Source: Alphaproteobacteria bacterium (lineage in GTDB: Bacteria > Pseudomonadota > Alphaproteobacteria > UBA6615). From it: a stretch of 64,000 nucleotides of DNA. Both the position numbers and the translations under genes were made by a program. Positions 58,470 through 64,000 of this stretch are shown here, one piece after another (position 1 is the first letter of the stretch; every line of letters begins with the position of its first letter). The notes under the pieces are model-generated. The model saw only the letters and a list, made by a program, of their open reading frames with translations. It did not search any database and had not been told where the DNA came from. The stretch is taken from contig CBDBHH010000005.1 in the NCBI GenBank assembly GCA_965205535.1, forward strand, positions 461,773 through 525,772, in the 5' to 3' direction.

Positions 58470-58584
58470 GGCGGCAGGACAAGTTCCGGTGCAGGACAGA
58501 CAGACGAATTCACGCGGCACGCCTCGACGCCGCTGCGAACCCCGACTAGGTTGATCGGCAAGCTTCTTAGGCAACTGGCTGCAT

Positions 58585-59652
58585 ATGATCCAGCGAAAGT
58601 ATTTGATTCCCGTCGGTGTAATTGCCCTTCTGGTGACCATCTGGACAGTTGGCTGGTTCTGGTTCGCGCGGGAAATCCAGGCCGGGATGCAGGATTTCGC
58701 TGCCCAGAATGACGGTAATCCAGCCAGCATTTCGTGGGACGGGGTGCATGTCTCTGGCTATCCGAACCGCCTGAACACCCATATCGCGCGACCCCGCGGC
58801 ACCTGGTCGGGCCCGGACGGCGAACTCAGCTGGGCGGGTGCGGACGCGATCCTGGGCTTCTTCAAGGATGGGGGGCGCACGGTATCGTTCCGGGCCCCGG
58901 GCGCACATGATTTCACCCTGCGCACAAACCGCGCGGAACGATCGATGGCCGCCCTCGCGCAAGGCTTACGCGGACGGCTGGATTTCGACGGCAACGGACA
59001 GGCAACGGGTCTGCGCGGGCTGGCGACAGATCTCGACATAAGGATTGATAACGAACCGACGACCACACTCGACCGTGCGGCATTTGACTGGTCTCAGACG
59101 AGCGCGAACCGTGGTGCCTCCGGCGACGAAATTCATCCCGATTCCACCGGCCACTCCCTGACATTCTCATTGTCGGGCGTGTCCCTGGCCTCTGCCGAAC
59201 TGGACCCCAACCTCACGGGAACTCTCGGTCGCAATCTCGAGCGGCTGGCCGGTCAGCTGTCTGTCCGCGGCGAACTCGACCCAACCAATTTGTCGCCAGA
59301 CGGCCTGACACGCTGGCGCGACGCGGGTGGAACCCTCGAAGTCGCGAACTTTTCACTTGTCTGGGGACCCCTGCAGATCGCCGGCGAGGGTACACTCGCT
59401 GTTGATGAAACCCTGCAACCCGTCGGCGCCTTCACAGCACAGGTTGCGGGTCTCGACCGGATCGTCGATCTGTTGGAGAAAACCGGTCGAATGCGCCCGC
59501 AACAGGCCGCAATTGCACGAATAGCTCTGGCCGTTCTGACCCGCGCATCGGCAACTGGCGGGGCGGCACAGGTGCCGGTCTCAATCCAGAACCAACAGGT
59601 GTCGATCGGACCGATTCCGCTGCTGCGGCTGCCGGCCATAGACTGGAACTAG
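58585..59652 (+). CDS. DUF2125-domain protein (N-terminal membrane anchor)
   Basis: 355 aa. The family assignment is by recollection and not verified. Confidence 0.5.
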   Translation: MIQRKYLIPVGVIALLVTIWTVGWFWFAREIQAGMQDFAAQNDGNPASISWDGVHVSGYPNRLNTHIARPRGTWSGPDGELSWAGADAILGFFKDGGRTVSFRAPGAHDFTLRTNRAERSMAALAQGLRGRLDFDGNGQATGLRGLATDLDIRIDNEPTTTLDRAAFDWSQTSANRGASGDEIHPDSTGHSLTFSLSGVSLASAELDPNLTGTLGRNLERLAGQLSVRGELDPTNLSPDGLTRWRDAGGTLEVANFSLVWGPLQIAGEGTLAVDETLQPVGAFTAQVAGLDRIVDLLEKTGRMRPQQAAIARIALAVLTRASATGGAAQVPVSIQNQQVSIGPIPLLRLPAIDWN

Positions 59653-59660
59653 GAATCGGG

Positions 59661-60629
59661 TCAGGCGTCGTCGTCAGACGATTTGCCGTTCTCCGTATAC
59701 TGAAACCGTCCGGCCTGACGCGCCTCGATGACCCCTCGACGAATGTCGCGGGTGCGCGTGAACATCTCGAACAGAGCATCACCATCGTCCTTGCGGATCG
59801 CACGCTGCAGGGCCGTCAAATCCTCTGTGAAGCGGCCGAGCGTCTCGAGCACGGCGTCCTTGTTAAGCAAAAACACATCACGCCACATCACCGGGTCCGA
59901 CGCCGCGATCCGCGTGAAATCGCGAAACCCGCCGGCGGAGTATTTGATCACCTCGCGCGTGGTCACCACTTCGTCATCACGGGACTTGGCCTCGAGTTCG
60001 GTTTCGAGATCTGCCGCAGTCGCGACAATCGTGAAGGCTATCAGATGCGGCAAATGGCTGGTGATTGCCAACACACGGTCATGGTGTTCGGCATCCATGA
60101 TCTCCACGTCGGCGCCCATGCCCTGCCAAAATCGTTCCAGGGTCGCGACCGCTTCACCGTCCGCACCCGGCGGCGGGGTGAGGATCGAAAAGCGATTCTG
60201 AAACAATTCGGCGAAGCCGGATTCCGGTCCGGAATGCTCGGTGCCCGCGACCGGATGCCCGGGAACGAGATGCACCCCATCAGGAATATGCGGCGCCATT
60301 GCCGTGATGACCGAACCCTTCACCGAACCCACATCCGTAACGATCGCACCGGATCTCAGGACGTCGCTCATGGCTGCCGCGACTGCGCCACAGGCGCCAA
60401 CCGGCGTGGCAACCACGACCAGATCAGCATCGGTAACGGCACCGGCGAGGTCGTCGTGCATACTGTCGACGATTTCGAGGGCGGCGGCGCGCGCGCGCAC
60501 GTCCCCATCGGCGTCGTGGCAAGCCACATGATTTGCCAACCCGTTCGCCCGGATCGCGTGCGCAATGGACGACCCGATCAGTCCGATCCCGATGATCGCG
60601 ACGCGGTCAAATATCTGCGTGTCGGTCAT
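59661..60629 (-). CDS. tyrC: Prephenate/arogenate (cyclohexadienyl) dehydrogenase
   Basis: VAIIGIGLIGSS NAD motif; located downstream of hisC. Confidence 0.85.
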   Translation of the reverse strand: MTDTQIFDRVAIIGIGLIGSSIAHAIRANGLANHVACHDADGDVRARAAALEIVDSMHDDLAGAVTDADLVVVATPVGACGAVAAAMSDVLRSGAIVTDVGSVKGSVITAMAPHIPDGVHLVPGHPVAGTEHSGPESGFAELFQNRFSILTPPPGADGEAVATLERFWQGMGADVEIMDAEHHDRVLAITSHLPHLIAFTIVATAADLETELEAKSRDDEVVTTREVIKYSAGGFRDFTRIAASDPVMWRDVFLLNKDAVLETLGRFTEDLTALQRAIRKDDGDALFEMFTRTRDIRRGVIEARQAGRFQYTENGKSSDDDA

Positions 60630-61717
60630 GTGCCCTCAACAAACGCGCGCAACGCGCCAACAACCTCTTCCATTTCCGCACGCGTGCCGATCGACATGCG
60701 CACCCAATCGGGCAGGCCGTAGCCAGTCACACGCCGGGTTACGATCCCGCGCTCAAACAGGAACCGATAGGCGGCCTCGGCGTTCCGGTCCGTTTCGGGA
60801 TCGAAGCGGATGATCACAAAATTCCCGACCGACGGATTTACCGTCAGCCCGATATTCTCGACTTCCGCAGTGAACCAGGGCAGCAGTTCGTTGTTCAAAT
60901 CTCGCGACCGCGCCGTGTGTTCGGTGTCGTCGAGTGCGACAATACCGGCCTCGATCGCCGGTGTGGAAACATTGAACGGCGGCCGCACACGGTCGAGAAT
61001 TTCGATGATCTCGGCCGGCCCGTACGCCCAGCCGATCCGCAGGCTCGCGAGCGCATAGATCTTCGAAAATGTCCGCGTCATGATCACATTGGATGCCTCA
61101 CGCACCAGCGCGATGCCGGGATCATAGTCCGGTGCAACCACATACTCCGCATAGGCCGCATCAAGGACGAGCAGAACGTCTTCCGGCAACCCGGCATGCA
61201 AACGGCCCAACGCATCCTTCCCGAGATAACTGCCGGTCGGATTGTTCGGGTTGGCAAGAAACACGATTTTCGTCCGCGCATTCACGCGATCGAGGATGGC
61301 ATCCACATCGGCCGTCAGGTCGGTTTCGGGCGCCGCCACGGGGGTGGCACCGACGCCGCGCGTGGCGATCGGGTACATGGTGAAACCATGCTCGCTGTAG
61401 ATCGTCTCGTCGCCCGGTCCGGCATAGGCCAATGCGATCAGGTCTATGAGCTGATCCGACCCGCAGCCACAGATAATACGGTCGACCTCAAGCCCATGAT
61501 GATCGGCAAGCGCCAGGCGCAGGCTCCGCGCATCGATCTCGGGATAGCGGTGTATATCCTCGCTGGTTGCCGAATAGGCTTCCATCGCACGCCAGGACGG
61601 TCCAAACGCGCTTTCGTTCGAACTGATGACAATACGGTCCGCGCCGCCCGATCCAACCTCGCTGCCGGCATAGGGTGTGATCTGGAGCACACCGGGTTTG
61701 GCTTTTGGCGGTGCCAC
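60626..61717 (-). CDS. hisC: Histidinol-phosphate aminotransferase
   Basis: 363 aa class-II aminotransferase; RTFSKIYALASLRIGW contains the PLP lysine. Confidence 0.9.
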   Translation of the reverse strand: MAPPKAKPGVLQITPYAGSEVGSGGADRIVISSNESAFGPSWRAMEAYSATSEDIHRYPEIDARSLRLALADHHGLEVDRIICGCGSDQLIDLIALAYAGPGDETIYSEHGFTMYPIATRGVGATPVAAPETDLTADVDAILDRVNARTKIVFLANPNNPTGSYLGKDALGRLHAGLPEDVLLVLDAAYAEYVVAPDYDPGIALVREASNVIMTRTFSKIYALASLRIGWAYGPAEIIEILDRVRPPFNVSTPAIEAGIVALDDTEHTARSRDLNNELLPWFTAEVENIGLTVNPSVGNFVIIRFDPETDRNAEAAYRFLFERGIVTRRVTGYGLPDWVRMSIGTRAEMEEVVGALRAFVEGT

Positions 61718-62587
61718 CTATTTCACTCCTGTATTATTCGAAGGCTCGTAAGCTCGCGCGAACGCGCCCAGCAAACGGACATTCGAGGCTTCGAGTGTCG
61801 AGGCAACTGCCTGGATACGGTCGTCATCGACGTCGATGAAGCCGTCCAATTCGACAATGTGAATACGTTCCTCCGACATGTGAGGATCGTCGGTCACGGC
61901 CTGGGCAGTCACATCGAGGTCATTGCCTGCGCAGACATCACCAACCCGCGCGCGGCTCACCAGCGTGGGGCAGGTAAACATCATCAGACTGAGGTCATTG
62001 CCGGATTCTTCAGGCATCCCGCGCGCCAGTACCGACGCGCCGACGCCGCCCGCCGCGTCGTCATACCAAGGCAGGCGCGCAACCACATACACGTCCGTTG
62101 CATCACGTACATCAGCCCACCAGCCCGGCGCATCAGCAGCTTCGGGTAGCGGCACCAGGCCGACTGATACGTCACCGCGATGTACCGCAGCGACCACATG
62201 CGAGGCCGATTCATAGCGAACAGTCGGCGTGTCGAACCCGAAATGACCATTGGCAAGGCGCAACGCGGAGCCATGACCCTCAATCGCAGAATAACCAACG
62301 GTCAACTGACCCTGAATTCGGATCGACGCAGCGATAATCTCGCGCCAAAGCCGGACAACCGACGCCCGAGAAAGTTCGCCGCGGTGGCGGGCCAACAACC
62401 GGTGCAGCAATTGAGCCTCGCGGGCCGGACGGAAGGTGACCTGACCGTCGGCCACCTTGCGACGGCCGATTTCGGATACGACTTCGCCACGCCGCATCAA
62501 CAGATCATGCAGCTGCTCATCGATCGAATCGATTTCGCGGCGCAGCGCCGCCAGATCGTCTGGCGCGGGGCTCATAGTCTCACTCAT
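61718..62587 (-). CDS. Chorismate mutase domain protein (AroQ-type N-terminal domain plus C-terminal domain of unknown function)
   Basis: LRREIDSIDEQLHDLLMRRGEVVSEIGRRK is a classic AroQ helix; start MSETMSP. Confidence 0.7.
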   Translation of the reverse strand: MSETMSPAPDDLAALRREIDSIDEQLHDLLMRRGEVVSEIGRRKVADGQVTFRPAREAQLLHRLLARHRGELSRASVVRLWREIIAASIRIQGQLTVGYSAIEGHGSALRLANGHFGFDTPTVRYESASHVVAAVHRGDVSVGLVPLPEAADAPGWWADVRDATDVYVVARLPWYDDAAGGVGASVLARGMPEESGNDLSLMMFTCPTLVSRARVGDVCAGNDLDVTAQAVTDDPHMSEERIHIVELDGFIDVDDDRIQAVASTLEASNVRLLGAFARAYEPSNNTGVK

Positions 62588-62674
62588 CCGGGAAAATTCC
62601 GACCGAATATGTATCTCTCCCCCGGGAATTTGGCAAAGAAAACGTTGACACCCCTCCACAGCCCCACATAGCTA

Positions 62675-62732
62675 TGCCCCCGTTGCGGTTGCATTTTGCC
62701 CCACAACACCGGCTTCAAAACATGCCCAGACG
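62675..62732 (+). ncRNA. Candidate SAM-II-like riboswitch / structured leader of metX
   Basis: Short hairpin whose U-rich loop (cattttgcccc) could pair with the downstream A-rich gcttcaaaac immediately 5' of the metX ATG. SAM-II elements precede metX/metA in alphaproteobacteria. The stem is weak by eye. Confidence 0.25.
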
Positions 62733-63944
62733 ATGACAAAGCAAGAACCAGACGGCGCGCAGAGCGCCGGCGAGGCAATCGCAGTTGAACCGGCGGTCAC
62801 AGACCTTCCGGGCCATCGGCTTGTCCTGGGCGAGAGCGAACCACTCACGCTCGCATCGGGACAGATGCTGGGGCCGTTCACGGTTGCCTACCAAACCTAC
62901 GGCACACTCAACGAAGACAAGTCGAATGCGATACTCGTCTGCCACGCGCTGACGGGCGACCAGTATGTTGCCGAAACGCACCCGATCACCGGCAAGGACG
63001 GGTGGTGGGGAACCATCGTCGGGTCGGGACGCACGATCGACACCGACAGTCATTTCGTCATCTGCATCAACGTGCTCGGCGGCTGCATGGGAACGGCCGG
63101 CCCCAAGGATATCGATCCACGAACCGGCGGCCCCTTCGGACTGAATTTTCCGGTCATCACGGTCGCGGATATGGTCGCGGCCCAGAAACTCGTCATAGAG
63201 CATCTCGGCATCACCAGACTATTCGCCGTCATCGGCGGATCGATGGGTGCGATGCAGACCCTGGAGTGGGCCTCGCGTTACCCCGAGATGGTGTTTTGCG
63301 CGATTCCGATCGCCGGAGCTGCACGCCATTCCGCCCAGAACATTGCGTTCCACGAAGTCGGCCGCCAGGCGATCATGGCCGATCCGAACTGGTGTGGCGG
63401 TGCGTATTACGGAACCGACGTGGATCCCGAACGCGGCCTCGCCGTCGCGCGCATGGCCGCGCACATCACATATCTCTCGGATTCCGCGTTACACCGAAAG
63501 TTCGGGCGCAACCTGCAGGATCGTCAGGAGATTACGTTCGGCTTCGACGCTGATTTTCAGATCGAGAGTTATCTGCGCCATCAGGGCCGTTCCTTCGTCG
63601 AACGTTTCGATGCGAATTCCTATCTCTACATCACCCGCGCCATGGACTATTTCGATCTCGCGGCAGAGTTTGACGGACAATTGCCGAGCGCGTTCAGGGG
63701 CTCGCCGGTGCGGTTCTGCCTGGTCAGCTTCACATCCGACTGGCTTTTCCCGACGGCCGAATCACGACAAATCGTTCATGCGCTAAACGCCGTGGCGGCA
63801 TCCGTCAGCTTCGTTGAAATCGAAACGGATTCCGGGCATGACGCATTCCTGCTCGAGGAACCCGAATTCTTCCGAATTCTATCGGGCTTCCTGCGTGGTG
63901 CGGCCGACCAGTATGCGCGAACGGCGATCGAGACAAGCGAATGA
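62733..63944 (+). CDS. metX: Homoserine O-acetyltransferase
   Basis: [12 protein letters not shown] nucleophile elbow in a 403 aa alpha/beta hydrolase. Confidence 0.9.
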   Translation: MTKQEPDGAQSAGEAIAVEPAVTDLPGHRLVLGESEPLTLASGQMLGPFTVAYQTYGTLNEDKSNAILVCHALTGDQYVAETHPITGKDGWWGTIVGSGRTIDTDSHFVICINVLGGCMGTAGPKDIDPRTGGPFGLNFPVITVADMVAAQKLVIEHLGITRLFAVIGGSMGAMQTLEWASRYPEMVFCAIPIAGAARHSAQNIAFHEVGRQAIMADPNWCGGAYYGTDVDPERGLAVARMAAHITYLSDSALHRKFGRNLQDRQEITFGFDADFQIESYLRHQGRSFVERFDANSYLYITRAMDYFDLAAEFDGQLPSAFRGSPVRFCLVSFTSDWLFPTAESRQIVHALNAVAASVSFVEIETDSGHDAFLLEEPEFFRILSGFLRGAADQYARTAIETSE

Positions 63945-64000
63945 ACAGGCACGAAGTAACGGCGACGGCGCTGGTTCGCGTCGATCAGAAACTCATCGCC
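63941..64000 (+). CDS. metW: Probable methionine biosynthesis protein MetW (5' fragment, truncated by window edge)
   Basis: ATG overlaps the metX stop; its position matches the conserved metXW operon. Only 20 codons are visible. Confidence 0.4.
   Translation, partial: MNRHEVTATALVRVDQKLIA

Noticed and set aside
1-64000. Mobile element, prophage or defense island
   Set aside because: No transposase, integrase, phage structural gene, restriction-modification system, toxin-antitoxin pair or large ATPase/helicase signature was found. The only nuclease is a stand-alone HNH gene in a housekeeping context.

Overview
High-GC (~65%) chromosomal segment, most likely from an alphaproteobacterium. Gene order is typical of that class: hisC-tyrC-chorismate mutase, metX-metW, argH-lipoprotein-lysA, etfBA-hbd, and a cpdR-like gene/zinc-ribbon gene/ftsEX/plsC block. 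Roughly 70 genes are supported. The left half (1–36 kb) is accessory in character. It holds a Liv-type branched-chain amino-acid ABC transporter, then a fatty-acid/gamma-hydroxy-acid beta-oxidation block with a split ACAD10/11-type kinase plus dehydrogenase pair (LvaA/LvaC-like), an acyl-CoA synthetase, and duplicated MaoC hydratases and FadJ-like enzymes. Next comes an aromatic/lignin-type lower-pathway block: two tandem GSTs, a muconolactone-isomerase-like gene, a dienelactone hydrolase, two carboxymuconolactone-decarboxylase-family genes, an LLM flavin monooxygenase, and a gamma-glutamyltransferase paralog broken by an in-frame TGA. This is followed by a form-II-like molybdenum hydroxylase (coxG-M-S-L) operon and a cupin gene, ending at a tRNA-Leu(CAA). 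The right half (36–64 kb) is mostly housekeeping: dsbB, coq7, gluQ, alkA, cobalamin adenosyltransferase, etfBA, hbd, tlpA, argH, lysA, ftsEX, plsC, chaC, tyrC, hisC, metX. No transposase, integrase, CRISPR array or recognisable defense system was found. The most unusual sequence-level feature is a dispersed palindromic repeat family with four intergenic copies, two of which bracket the phosphotransferase gene. A different nested palindromic element lies between livK and livH. A candidate SAM-II-like leader lies upstream of metX, and a 340-bp lower-GC convergent intergenic region could carry an sRNA.
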